Assembly: GCF_023055435.1 (NCBI RefSeq)
Contig: NW_025963824.1
Location: 21,204,001-21,268,000, forward strand
Length of the DNA stretch: 64,000 nt
Origin: Haliotis rufescens
Taxonomy: Eukaryota
Direction of reading: 5' to 3'
Shown: positions 38,783 to 52,982 of the stretch, in pieces
Numbering within the stretch: the stretch's first letter is position 1
Layout of the letters: each line of letters opens with the position of its first letter
Notes under the pieces: generated by a model
What the model was told of the DNA's origin: nothing
Seen by the model: the letters and a program-made list of their open reading frames with translations, nothing else
Databases searched by the model: none
Program-made: the position numbers and the translations under genes

Positions 38783-41700
38783 TTGGCTGTAGTCTGCAGT
38801 GTGTATGTAGTTGTACAGACATGGTGTACTGGCTGTAGCCTACAGTGTATGTGTAGTTGTACAGCCATGGTGTACTGGCTGTAGTCTGCAGTGTGTATGT
38901 AGTTGTACAGACATGGTGTACTGGCTGTAGCCTACAGTGTATGTGTAGTTGTACAGACATGGTGTACTGGCTGTAGTCTGCAGTGTGTATGTAGTTGTAC
39001 AGACATGGTGTACTGGCTGTAGCCTACAGTGTATGTGTAGTTGTACAGCCATGGTGTACTGGCTGTAGTCTGCAGTGTGTATGTGGTTGTACAGCCATGG
39101 TGTACTGGCTGTAGCCTGCAGTGTGTATGTAGTTGTACAGACATGGTGTACTGGCTGTAGTCTGCAGTGTGTATGTAGTTGTACAGCCATGGTGTACTGG
39201 CTGTAGCCTGCAGTGTATGTGTACTTGTACAGACATGGTGTACTGGCTGTAGCCTGCAGTGTGTATGTGGTTGTACAGCAATGGTGTACTGGCTGTAGCC
39301 TGCAGTGTGTATGTAGTTGTACAGCCATGGTGTACTGGCTGTAGCCTGCAGTGTGTATGTAGTTGTACAGCCATGGTGTACTGGCTGTAGTCTGCAGTGT
39401 GTATGTGGTTGTACAGCCATGGTGTACTGGCTGTAGTCTGCAGTGTGTATGTAGTTGTACAGCCATGGTGTACTGGCTGTAGCCTGCAGTGTGTATGTAG
39501 TTGTACAGCCATGGTGTACTGGCTGTAGCCTGCAGTGTATAAGTAGTTGTACAGACAAGGTGTACTGGCTGTAGCCTGCAGTGTGTATGTAGTTGTACAG
39601 ACAAGGTGTACTGGCTGTAGCCTGCAGTGTGTATGTAGTTGTACAGCCATGGTGTACTGGCTGTAGCCTGCAGTGTGTAAGTTGTTGTACAGACATGGTG
39701 TACTGGCTGTAGCCTGCAGTGTGTATGTGGTTGTACAGCCATGGTGTACTGGCTGTAGCCTGCAGTGTGTATGTAGTTGTACAGACAAGGTGTACTGGCT
39801 GTAGCCTGCAGTGTGTATGTAGTTGTACAGCCATGGTGTACTGGCTGTAGCCTGCAGTGTGTAAGTAGTTGTACAGACATGGTGTACTGGCTGTAGCCTG
39901 CAGTGTGTATGTAGTTGTACAGCCATGGTGTACTGGCTGTAGTCTGCAATGTGTAAGTAGTTGTACAGCCATGGTGTACTGGCTGTAGCCTGCAGTGTGT
40001 AAGTAGTTGTACAGACATGGTGTACTGGCTGTAGCCTGCAGTGTGTATGTAGTTGTACAGACATGGTGTACTGGCTGTAGCCTGCAGTGTGTATGTGGTT
40101 GTACAGCCATGGTGTACTGGCTGTAGCCTGCAGTGTGTATGTAGTTGTACAGCCATGGTGTACTGGCTGTAGCCTGCAGTGTGTATGTAGTTGTACAGCC
40201 ATGGTGTACTGGCTGTAGCCTGCAGTGTGTATGTGGTTGTACAGCCATGGTGTACTGGCTGTAGTCTGCAGTGTTTATGTAGTTGTACAGCCATGGTGTA
40301 CTGGCTGTAGCCTGCAGTGTGTATGTAGTTGTACAGCCATGGTGTACTGGCTGTAGCCTGCAGTGTATAAGTAGTTGTACAGACATGGTGTACTGGCTGT
40401 AGCCTGCAGTGTGTATGTAGTTGTACAGACAAGGTGTACTGGCTGTAGCCTGCAGTGTGTATGTAGTTGTACAGCCATGGTGTACTGGCTGTAGCCTGCA
40501 GTGTGTAAGTAGTTGTACAGACATGGTGTACTGGCTGTAGCCTGCAGTGTGTATGTGGTTGTACAGCCATGGTGTACTGGCTGTAGCCTGCAGTGTGTAT
40601 GTAGTTGTACAGACAAGGTGTACTGGCTGTAGCCTGCAGTGTGTATGTAGTTGTACAGCAATGGTGTACTGGCTGTAGCCTGCAGTGTATAAGTAGTTGT
40701 ACAGACATGGTGTACTGGCTGTAGCCTGCAGTGTGTATGTAGTTGTACAGACATGGTGTACTGGCTGTAGCCTGCAGTGTATAAGTAGTTGTACAGACAT
40801 GGTGTACTGGCTGTAGCCTGCAGTGTGTATGTAGTTGTACAGCCATGGTGTACTGGCTGTAGTCTGCAATGTGTAAGTAGTTGTACAGCCATGGTGTACT
40901 GGCTGTAGCCTGCAGTGTATGTGTAGTTGTACAGCCATGGTGTACTGGCTGTAGTCTGCAGTGTGTATGTAGTTGTACAGCCATGGTGTACTGGCTGTAG
41001 TCTGCAGTGTGTATGTAGTTGTACAGACATGGTGTACTGGCTGTAGTCTGCAGTGTGTAAGTAGTTGTACAGACATGGTGTACTGGCTGTGGCCTGCAGT
41101 GTGTAAGTAGTTGTACAGACATGGTGTACTGGCTGTAGCCTGCAGTGTGTAAGTAGTTGTACAGCCATGGTGTACTGGCTGTAGCCTGCAGTGTGTATGT
41201 AGTTGTACAGCCATGGTGTACTGGCTGTAGCCTGCAGTGTATAAGTAGTTGTACAGCCATGGTGCACTGGCTGTAGCCTGCAGTGTGTATGTAGTTGTAC
41301 AGCCATGGTGTACTGGCTGTAGTCTGCAGTGTGTAAGTAGTTGTACAGACATGGTGTACTGGCTGTAGTCTGCAGTGTGTATGTGGTTGTACAGCCATGG
41401 TGTACTGGCTGTAGCCTGCAGTGTGTATGTAGTTGTACAGACATGGTGTACTGGCTGTAGTCTGCAGTGTGTATGTAGTTGTACAGCCATGGTGTACTGG
41501 CTGTAGCCTGCAGTGTATGTGTAGTTGTACAGACATGGTGTACTGGCTGTAGCCTGCAGTGTGTATGTGGTTGTACAGCCATGGTGTACTGGCTGTAGCC
41601 TGCAGTGTTATGTTGTTGTACAGCTATGGTGTACTGGCTGTAGCCTGCAGTGTGTATGTAGTTGTACAGACATAGTGTACTGGCTGTAGCCTGCAGTGTA

Positions 41701-44700
41701 TGTGTACTTGTACAGACATGGTGTACTGGCTGTAGCCTGCAGTGTGTGGTTGTACAGCCATGGTGTACTGGCTGTAGCCTGCAGTGTGTATGTAGTTGTA
41801 CAGACATGGTGTACTGGCTGTAGCCTGCAGTGTATAAGTAGTTGTACAGACATGGTGTACTGGCTGTAGCCTGCAGTGTGTATGTAGTTGTACAGCCATG
41901 GTGTACTGGCTGTAGTCTGCAATGTGTAAGTAGTTGTACAGCCATGGTGTACTGGCTGTAGCCTGCAGTGTATGTGTAGTTGTACAGCCATGGTGTACTG
42001 GCTGTAGTCTGCAGTGTGTATGTAGTTGTACAGCCATGGTGTACTGGCTGTAGTCTGCAGTGTGTATGTAGTTGTACAGACATGGTGTACTGGCTGTAGT
42101 CTGCAGTGTGTAAGTAGTTGTACAGACATGGTGTACTGGCTGTAGCCTGCAGTGTGTATGTAGTTGTACAGCCATGGTGTACTGGCTGTAGTCTGCAATG
42201 TGTAAGTAGTTGTACAGCCATGGTGTACTGGCTGTAGCCTGCAGTGTGTAAGTAGTTGTACAGACATGGTGTACTGGCTGTAGCCTGCAGTGTGTATGTA
42301 GTTGTACAGACATGGTGTACTGGCTGTAGTCTGCAATGTGTAAGTAGTTGTACAGCCATGGTGTACTGGCTGTAGCCTGCAGTGTATGTGTAGTTGTACA
42401 GCCATGGTGTACTGGCTGTAGTCTGCAGTGTGTATGTAGTTGTACAGCCATGGTGTACTGGCTGTAGTCTGCAGTGTGTATGTAGTTGTACAGACATGGT
42501 GTACTGGCTGTAGTCTGCAGTGTGTAAGTAGTTGTACAGACATGGTGTACTGGCTGTAGCCTGCAGTGTGTATGTAGTTGTACAGCCATGGTGTACTGGC
42601 TGTAGTCTGCAATGTGTAAGTAGTTGTACAGCCATGGTGTACTGGCTGTAGCCTGCAGTGTGTAAGTAGTTGTACAGACATGGTGTACTGGCTGTAGCCT
42701 GCAGTGTGTATGTAGTTGTACAGACATGGTGTACTGGCTGTAGCCTGCAGTGTGTATGTGGTTGTACAGCCATGGTGTACTGGCTGTAGCCTGCAGTGTG
42801 TATGTAGTTGTACAGCCATGGTGTACTGGCTGTAGCCTGCAGTGTGTATGTAGTTGTACAGCCATGGTGTACTGGCTGTAGTCTGCAGTGTGTATGTAGT
42901 TGTACAGACATGGTGTACTGGCTGTAGTCTGCAGTGTGTAAGTAGTTGTACAGACATGGTGTACTGGCTGTAGCCTGCAGTGTGTATGTAGTTGTACAGC
43001 CATGGTGTACTGGCTGTAGTCTGCAATGTGTAAGTAGTTGTACAGCCATGGTGTACTGGCTGTAGCCTGCAGTGTGTAAGTAGTTGTACAGACATGGTGT
43101 ACTGGCTGTAGCCTGCAGTGTGTATGTAGTTGTACAGACATGGTGTACTGGCTGTAGTCTGCAATGTGTAAGTAGTTGTACAGCCATGGTGTACTGGCTG
43201 TAGCCTGCAGTGTATGTGTAGTTGTACAGCCATGGTGTACTGGCTGTAGTCTGCAGTGTGTATGTAGTTGTACAGCCATGGTGTACTGGCTGTAGTCTGC
43301 AGTGTGTATGTAGTTGTACAGACATGGTGTACTGGCTGTAGTCTGCAGTGTGTAAGTAGTTGTACAGACATGGTGTACTGGCTGTAGCCTGCAGTGTGTA
43401 TGTAGTTGTACAGCCATGGTGTACTGGCTGTAGTCTGCAATGTGTAAGTAGTTGTACAGCCATGGTGTACTGGCTGTAGCCTGCAGTGTGTAAGTAGTTG
43501 TACAGACATGGTGTACTGGCTGTAGCCTGCAGTGTGTATGTAGTTGTACAGACATGGTGTACTGGCTGTAGCCTGCAGTGTGTATGTGGTTGTACAGCCA
43601 TGGTGTACTGGCTGTAGCCTGCAGTGTGTATGTAGTTGTACAGCCATGGTGTACTGGCTGTAGCCTGCAGTGTGTATGTAGTTGTACAGCCATGGTGTAC
43701 TGGCTGTAGTCTGCAGTGTGTATGTGGTTGTACAGCCATGGTGTACTGGCTGTAGTCTGCAGTGTTTATGTAGTTGTACAGCCATGGTGTACTGGCTGTA
43801 GCCTGCAGTGTGTATGTAGTTGTACAGCCATGGTGTACTGGCTGTAGCCTGCAGTGTATAAGTAGTTGTACAGACATGGTGTACTGGCTGTAGCCTGCAG
43901 TGTGTATGTAGTTGTACAGACAAGGTGTACTGGCTGTAGCCTGCAGTGTGTATGTAGTTGTACAGCCATGGTGTACTGGCTGTAGCCTGCAGTGTGTAAG
44001 TAGTTGTACAGACATGGTGTACTGGCTGTAGCCTGCAGTGTGTATGTGGTTGTACAGCCATGGTGTACTGGCTGTAGCCTGCAGTGTGTATGTAGTTGTA
44101 CAGACAAGGTGTACTGGCTGTAGCCTGCAGTGTGTATGTAGTTGTACAGCAATGGTGTACTGGCTGTAGCCTGCAGTGTATAAGTAGTTGTACAGACATG
44201 GTGTACTGGCTGTAGCCTGCAGTGTGTATGTAGTTGTACAGACATGGTGTACTGGCTGTAGCCTGCAGTGTATAAGTAGTTGTACAGACATGGTGTACTG
44301 GCTGTAGCCTGCAGTGTGTATGTAGTTGTACAGCCATGGTGTACTGGCTGTAGTCTGCAATGTGTAAGTAGTTGTACAGCCATGGTGTACTGGCTGTAGC
44401 CTGCAGTGTATGTGTAGTTGTACAGCCATGGTGTACTGGCTGTAGCCTGCAGTGTGTAAGTGGTTGTACAGACATGGTGTACTGGCTGTAGCCTGCGGTG
44501 TGTATGTGGTTGTACAGCCATGGTGTACTGGCTGTAGCCTGCAGTGTGTAAGTAGTTGTACAGCCATGGTGTACTGGCTGTAGTCTGCAGTGTGTATGTA
44601 GTTGTACAGCCATGGTGTACTGGCTGTAGCCTGCAGTGTGTAAGTAGTTGTACAGACATGGTGTACTGGCTGTAGTCTGCAGTGTGTATGTAGTTGTACA

Positions 44701-45030
44701 GCCATGGTGTACTGGCTGTAGTCTGCAGTGTGTATGTAGTTGTACAGCCATGGTGTACTGGCTGTAGCCTGCAGTGTGTATGTAGTTGTACAGCCATGGT
44801 GTACTGGCTGTAGTCTGCAGTGTGTATGTAGTTGTACAGACATGGTGTACTGGTTGTAGCCTGCAGTGTGTATGTAGTTGTACAGACATGGTGTACTGGT
44901 TGTAGCCTGCAGTGTGTAAGTAGTTGTACAGCCATGGTGTACTGGCTGTAGCCTGCAGTGTGTATGTGGTTGTACAGCCATGGTGTACTGGCTGTAGCCT
45001 GCAGTGTATGTGTGGTTGTACAGATGGCTG
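38783..45030. repeat. 46-bp satellite, ~135 copies, with higher-order structure
   Basis: gtacagccatggtgtactggctgtagcctgcagtgtgtatgtagtt; source of the 392-1568 aa pseudo-ORFs. Confidence 0.97.
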
Positions 45031-46124
45031 TAACACCTGGCTTCACAGCAACAGTTGTAAGCTAGTAGTACAGGGAATCAATATACTACTTTGTGCAGTC
45101 ACACACACATGATGCAGCATGTAATGATTGCACATGCTTAAACAGCCCAATGTTTCTGTTGTGTTTGTTGGTTGTATAACCCACCTGCAGACACAACCAA
45201 TACATTGTCAAATGCTGATGGTGGACAAATGCTTCCTAAAAATGTTCAAATTTATTTCAACTCATGTTTCTATGTGTACCAGACTATAGAATAATATTAT
45301 TACCATGCTAAGGAATTAACATTAACAACATTACTACTTGACATAAACTTAGCATTTCTAGCATTGTGAACTGGTATTGCAGGGGAGGAAATATTCTAGC
45401 TAAGTGTGGTAATATGTGCCTTTACCACCGACTGCCTCTCTTGTATAACAGATAGACCACACTAAACCTCACCTCACACTTCACCACCAAACTCATTCTG
45501 ACACAAATAAGTAGGGATTTCATGGACAAGATGTTGTGTCCCTGACTGACTTTGTCTGTTATTGTTATAAACATGTTAAAACTGAGTGCAGCATTTCAGG
45601 AATTTTCATTAACTTTAATAAATGGATGAGTTACTTTCATATCAAGTGTATTGTATCTAGGGTTGTGAAAATCTTAAAGAAAATGCAAATGTCGACTTAT
45701 TCCACTGTTTAGCCATGTAAACATGCAAGATAATGATGTTATTTCAGCACACACACTGTCAACAATTACTTTCACTGATCATGTTGATAATTTTGTGTAT
45801 TTCATGTAGTGCAAAATACTGGAAAAAGGTCCAAACACTGTGTCTATGTTTTAGAAGGTTTAAGCATGTTAAGGTTTAAGGTTTGTGCAATGGTGTCTCT
45901 CATGTAACTGAGTAGAGAGCAGCAAGCCACTGGACTAGATCTTCATCTGTCTGACTTGGACTTGCAGGGTTGTGTGTCACCAGCACTGTGCAGGGTAATA
46001 CAGTTACACAGGCTTATATCATCAGGACATTCACTCAGTGAATGTTACACTTTCCCAGCAATGTTACCAAGTAATCATATTGCAGCACTGAACAGCCAGT
46101 TGCACCCTATACAGAGATCTTATG

Positions 46125-48240
46125 TGATGGACTACACAATGATCTACCAGAACATCTAGAGAGCGACACAATATTCAAAAGGACACCTAGGGGCTACACA
46201 ATGATCTTCCAGACATCTAGAGAGCAACACAGTGATCGATAGGACACCTAGGGGCTACACAGTGATCTACAGGACACCTAGGGGCTACACAGTGATCTAC
46301 CAGAACATCTAGAGAGTGATGCAATATTCTATAGGACACCTAGGGGCTACACAGTTATCTATAGGACACCTAGCTGCTACACAGTGATCTATAGGACTCC
46401 TAGGGGCTACACAGTGATCTACCAGAACATCTAGAGAGCGACACAATATTCAAAAGAACACCTAGGGGCTACACAATGATCTTCCAGACATCTAGAGAGC
46501 AACACAGTGATCGATAGGACACCTAGGGCTACACAGTGATCTACAGGACACCTAGGGGCTACACAGTGATCTATAGGACTCCTAGGGGCTACACAGTGAT
46601 CTACCAGAACATCTAGAGAGTGACACAATATTCTATAGGACACCTAGGGGCTACACAGTTATCTATAGGACACCTAGCTGCTACACAGTGATCTATGGGA
46701 CACCTAGGGCTACACAGTGATCTACCGGAACATCTAGAGAGCGACACAATATTCAAAAGAACACCTAGGGGCTACACAATGATCTTCCAGACGTCTAGAG
46801 AGCAACACAGTGATCGATAGGACACCTAGGGGCTACACAGTGATCTACAGGACACCTAGGGCTACACAGTGATCTATAGGACACCTAGGGGCTACACAGT
46901 GATCTACCAGAACATCTAGAGAGTGACGCAATATTCTATAGGACACCTAGGGGCTACACAGTTATCTATAGGACACCTAGCTGCTACACAGTGATCTATG
47001 GGACACCTAGGGCTACACAGTGATCTACCAGAACATCTAGAGAGCGACACAATATTCAAAAGAACACCTAGGGGCTACACAATGATCTTCCAGACATCTA
47101 GAGAGCAACACAGTGATCGATAGGACACCTAGGGGCTACACAGTGATCTACAGGACACCTAGGGCTACACAGTGATCTATAGGACACCTAGGGGTTACAC
47201 AGTGATCTACAGGACACCTAGAGTTACACAGTGATCTACAGGACACCTAGGGTTACATAGTGGTCTATAGGACACCTAGGGGTTACACAGTGATCTACAG
47301 GACACCTAGGGTTACATAGTGATCTTCAGGACACCTAGGGTTACATAGTGGTCTATAGGACACCTAGGGTTACACAGTGATCTACAGGACACCTAGGGTT
47401 ACATAGTGATCTACAGGACACCTAGGGTTACATAGTGGTCTATAGGATACCTAGGGTTACACAGTGGTCTATAGGACACCTGGGGGCTACACAGTGATCT
47501 ACAGGACACCTAGTGTTACATAGTGATCTACAGGACACCTAGGGTTACATAGTGGTCTATAGGACACCTAGGGGTTACACAGTGATCTACAGGACACCTA
47601 GGGTTACATAGTGATCTACAGGACACCTAGGGTTACATAGTGATCTACAGGACACCTAGGGTTACATAGTGATCTACAGGACACCTAGGGTTACATAGTG
47701 ATCTACAGGACACCTAGGGTAACACAGTGGTCTATAGGACACCTGGGGGTTACACAGTGATCTACAGGACACCTAGGGTTACATAGTGATCTACAGGACA
47801 CCTAGGGTTACATAGTGATATACAGGACACCTAGGGTTACATAGTGATCTACAGGACACCTAGGGGTTACACAGTGATCTACAGGACACCTAGGGTTACA
47901 TAGTGATCTACAGGACACCTAGGGTTACATAGTGGTCTATAGGACACCTAGGGGTAACACAGTGATCTGTAGGACACCTAGGGGTAACACAGTGATCTAC
48001 AGGACACCTAGGGTTACATAGTGGTCTATAGGACACCTAGGTTACACAGTGGTCTATAGGACACCTAGGTTACACAGTGGTCTACAGGACACCTAGGGTT
48101 ACATAGTGATCTACAAGACACCTAGGGTTACATAGTGGTCTATAGGACACCTAGGGTTACATAGTGGTCTATAGGACACCTGGGGGTTACACAGTGATCT
48201 ACAGGACACCTAGGGTTATTTAGTGGTCTATAGGACACAT
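46125..48240. repeat. 30-31-bp satellite; ~300-bp higher-order repeat on the left, simple monomers on the right
   Basis: ggacacctaggg(g)(c/t)tacacagtgatctata; marker gagcgacacaatattcaaaa at 46161, 46436, 46739, 47042. Confidence 0.95.
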
Positions 48241-51175
48241 TAATGGGACAGAAGGGTTTACCCTGCATCAGTGAGGATCTCATGATTGTTATAATTGTGT
48301 GTGTGTATATATATATTCTGTGCAGCATCAGTTTTCTCAGGTACCTCCTTGGTGTGGCTCCATGTGGGATTGTGTGTGGTGCACAGAACAGAGGGTGTGG
48401 TGCCCAGTACTGCATGCTCACTGCGAGATACACATGTCAGGGGAAAACCCAAGCTACGCCACCTCGCAGGTTTGGCAAACTTAATTTATCGGCAGCAGCT
48501 TTTTTAAGTTGTCATGGCAACACCCCAAACGAGCTTGTTTGTCTACAGTGAGAGAGGGGGTTCAGTTCATCCTGGCTAATGTCAAATATGCAACCTTGAC
48601 CTTTTGATGGGGTCATTGGAGTTCCCTGTTGAAGGTGTGTGTCGTGTAGCCATGGAAACTGGTACATATGATGTTATGGGCGTAATCAGATGCTTCTGCT
48701 CCAGCATGTGTGATGATCAGCAGGTTCACATGCTATATATAACACTCATTAACAGGCTCATTCCACCAAGTGTTATTTCCGTGCATTGTCAGCTCAAAGG
48801 CTGATATGTTGGTGTACAGCTCACCAAATATCCTGATACACTGCTTGTAATAGTATAAGTTTCTCATCACAGAGATCTTGGAATAGCTGACTGACAGGAT
48901 GGGAGGGGAACATTGCAGAGTAAGAGATTGCTTGAGCAGTGCATCTGTCTAATAAAAGTGTTTCTTTTGTATGGCTTGTTGATTTCTGTTGTTGATACCT
49001 CTTTGGCAGTGGAAATAATGTTTGGAAAGGTGCTTAATGTGTGTACAGATGTTGACTTGTGTCACCTGGATTGTTACACAACCGACTCCATGTGTCCTTG
49101 TGGCAACAACACTTCACACTGACTGTGCAACATCCAGGCAGCGTTTTCATAGAAGTCCATTTGTCTGTGAATAAGTGTGCATAGGCAAAAAATATCTGTT
49201 CCTGTGAACAGAGTGATGTTCAAATTGAACTAATAAGCATTTCCAAGCTGAAATTCCTCATGTTATTGGGATGCAAACTATTTTCTGCAGAAGTCAGACA
49301 GAGGTGAAATTTGTAGGTACATTCTGCACTGCAGTTTGGATGCTGGTGTGATGCTGACTTGACAGTTTGGTCCTACATCCTCGACTAGGTCTGCAAGTCA
49401 CTAGGCTCTTTCCCAGCATAACTCACATTCCTCTGTCCCAGGCTGGTCGCTGGCTGCACTCAGTACACGCCTACATTCATCACATGGTCTCCTCACAATG
49501 GTTGGTGTAGTAGGCCAAGTTCCCACTTGTCCTGAGACCTATCGTGAGTTCGTAGGTTATGTGTGTCTGGTGCAGCTATCAACACTCAGTGGTTGAGGTG
49601 TTCTTGTTATATGGGCTCCACTCGGGCTCATGTGGGTCTGTCCAACTGCAGGTAGTGGAGGACAGTACAGACGATTTCAAACGAATCATAATCAATGATT
49701 TATCACACTCATCGATCATGGGGATCTAAGTTATAATGAAGATAAGATGCTATCACTACTGTAAATGTGATTGTGCAGACAGGAGAGAGTTTTATAACCT
49801 CTGAGCAATCCTGAATAAAATGGTCCAAAGTGATATAGAAGTTGCAATATTTAACATGTTTAAGATGCTAGCTTAATGATTTTACATTTGAGATCAGGGA
49901 TCTTATGTCTTTCTTTCTGGTGATATAATAAGGGTACTTCGTCCAGCATAAGCATCTTAAGAAAGCTTGGGGAAGGGTAGATTAGGTAGATAGTCCAACC
50001 AGGATCCAGACAACCCATTGACTTAATCAACATGATAAAGGTGACATTCAATCAGTCAGTCAGGGAAATCAGAGCCTCCCTGATTAAAATAGATGCTTGT
50101 GACAAACAGCAACAATCCATGCCATCGTGGTACAATGACATGCAATCAGCCAAGTAACAGACTGACCACCTTGTTTTAATTGTCTCTAAGACAAGTGTGA
50201 GGTACTGGGTAGCGGCATATGAAAACAGTAGCTAGCATCTGGGCGACACACCTGGCAGGCTCCTACAGAACCCGGGCTTTGATGTTGGGGCTGAGTCAGG
50301 ACATTTACAGCAGAGCATCATGTGGCCATGCATCAGTGAGCATAGTTGACAGGGAATTTGCTCAGCAGGACCATTCTGTGTTTTTCTTTTATTACACTGT
50401 TAGAAGTTTGACAGTTTTATTGTAGGTAGAAGTAATAACCTAGCACTGCTGCAGTTTTAATACACTTTGGGAATCAATTTCTAAAAATACCCAAATAGTA
50501 CAAATAAGTTGTTAGCAGTGGTGACTCAAAACTTTTGCGTTAATAGTAAACATAAATAGATTGTTTGGTGGTGCTCAAAATAAATAGTTTGTTGGATACA
50601 ACTAGGGGGAAAAAAATAGATTGTTCGTAAAAATATCCTAAAAAAACCCAAATCCCCCCACCCTACCCCTGCAAATGAAAAGGATGCTCCCTTACAAGTG
50701 AGGAAACATCGGGATGTATTCACATCAGTAGCAGCACTCAGTCACAAACAATATACATGGGAACATGAGATTCCGTCATTTGTGTAGAACATTGTAGCCA
50801 TGACAGCATACATAGAATTATGTTTGTGATTTGATACACCAGGTAACTGGCCTCCTGACATTTTTTACAGGAATGAACAACAAAACTTTATCAGTGCTTG
50901 AATCATTGTGCATGTTGAATATTATCTAACTTGTAATCATTCTGAGTGCATAGTTACAATATTTTTGGGTATTCAGCATATTTCTACTTCCTTGGGTCCA
51001 ATCTATTGGGTATATTTAAACAAGTGAGTTGACATTCCAAAGTATGTCTACTTAAAACAAATACATGTTTACAGAGCAGAGTTTAGCCCCTGATGGTGTT
51101 TGGTACAATGATAGTTAGTTTGGAAAATTTGCATATGCTTCCTTAACCATGTAGCAGGAAACCCACATCAATAGC

Positions 51176-51424
51176 CTCATGAAGATCTGGGTTAGAATTG
51201 ATCTTCAGCATGTTCAGCAACCCATGCTTGTCACATGATGCAACTACAGGGATCAGGGGGTCAGGCTCGCTGACTTGCTTCATGCTTGTTATCATATCCG
51301 AGTTGCGTAGATTGATGCTCATTATGTCACTCACTGGATTGTCTGGTCCAGAGTCAATTATTTACAGACTTCCGTCTAATAGCCAGAATATTGTTGAGTG
51401 TGGTGTTGAACAACAAACAAACAC
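51176..51424 (+). mobile_element. Non-tRNA SINE-like element sharing 5' and 3' ends with the Nimb-like LINE
   Basis: 5' gaagatctgggttagaattgatcttc...aacccatgcttgtc; 3' atagccagaatattgttgagtgtggtgttgaa plus (aaac)n, comparable to LINE 3' atggctgaaataatgccgatgcgacgttcaa. Confidence 0.75.
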
Positions 51425-51680
51425 ACCAGCGATAAATGTCTAAGTTACAATATGTGAGATGCGGTGTTGAGATGTATTGTTAACTGTAGTAGTGCCCATG
51501 TATGTTATGTGGTTTGTGGAAATACATGAGTTAGGACACACTGGTATGTAGGATGAAAAGGGTAATTACTGTTACCATTCTGTTGGGTTTTGGAGGATTT
51601 CATACACATCTCAGCTCTTTGTATGCAGGAAAGTTTATTGTCTTATGGTGATTTCAGCTCAGAACCACACCTTGTTATTA

Positions 51681-52110
51681 CAGAGCTCCAGATAACTTTT
51701 TGAGCAATTGAGATTTTACTCTAGGTTTTCTATTTTAATTGGGTTATAACATTTTTCATTTGGTAACCAATGTTTTTTCACTCATCTATGCATCACTCTA
51801 CTTGGTTTTTCCCAAAATTAGTGAACGTTTTGAGATTTTGAAAAAATGAAATAATGTTTTAGATGTATGTAACTGTTCTTTATATAGAGGTTTAACTCGG
51901 AAAGTAAATTAGCTTGTAATTGTGTTTAGGAAATTAGCTCCTTTGTACGCATGCTGAAAAAGCTTCATTGGGTATTAAGCGAGCTGTTTTTATAATTTGG
52001 CTTTTTCATTTAATACATGCGTTTCTGTACACAAGTTAATTGAAAGTAATTGGGTTTTGAATATTTTTGGTGGTTATTTTACGCAAAAACGCTGCTTATC
52101 TGTAGCTCTG
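51681..52110. mobile_element. MITE with short TIRs
   Basis: cagagctccagataa ... ttatctgtagctctg; no clear TSD. Confidence 0.6.
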
Positions 52111-52649
52111 TTTCATATCATGCATATTGAAACACTCTTTTAAAAGAAATGATATTTATTTTTACTAGTTTAGGGCTGTAACCATGGTAACAGTGACCAA
52201 TTCGGTTGCAATTTTGCAACTGAAGATTATTTTGTGACGACCAAGCCCTTTATGTATGCCCTAGTCCCTCACATTGTATACTGCTAGTATGTTGGTGATG
52301 ATGTTTTCACCACTGGAAATAGTTCAAACTATTGCTGACATACTCCTGCTCATTGAACTCCATACACCTCGTCTTCATGCATTGTTATTGCCATACCCCT
52401 TTCCGTGGACCCACCATGTTAAAAAAGGTTAAGGATCATTTGATTATTTCATATCACTATAGTTAATGGCATGACAGTCTTATTATAGTAATATGAAAGT
52501 ATCGGGTGGTCCCTAGGCCTTCTTGTTATCATTCGTGAAACCGGTTGAGTAAATGAGTAAATTATGCATCTCATCTTTGGACTTTTGTATTTTATATATA
52601 GATATTCTTGAGTTGTTTCAGAGCTAATCATGGACTCCTTCCATTGCAG

Positions 52650-52693
52650 GAGATGCGGTGCTGCAGAACCTGGACCTAAAGCAGAGTGCCTTG
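52650..52693 (+). CDS. VPS13: VPS13 coding exon 2
   Basis: ttgcAG / GTATG; (G)DAVLQNLDLKQSAL; phase-compatible with exons 1 and 3. Confidence 0.93.
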
Positions 52694-52982
52694 GTATGTA
52701 CTGGGTGGGGAGGGTAACTCTGCTAGTCTGCTAGTCAAACACTAGTGACATTCAGCAAGGACAAGTCACATTTCCTTATGGATTGCCACTTTTACCTTTG
52801 GGTAGATGGCAACTCTCTAGCTGTTTGCTTATGTGGACTAGTGAAAATAAAAATTATTTTCCAATCCTCACTCACTATGACAACACACACATATGAACAT
52901 GAGGTTTAGTTATTTTGTGTCAAGGACTGCAGGCATGAAAACTCCACAGGATATCTGCATATTATTTCTATCGCTAATTAAA

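Noticed and set aside
38840-45046. Very long ORFs (392-1568 aa) as protein-coding genes
   Set aside because: They are translations of a 46-bp satellite lacking stops on one strand; all three frames give the same periodic peptide, antisense within a VPS13 intron.
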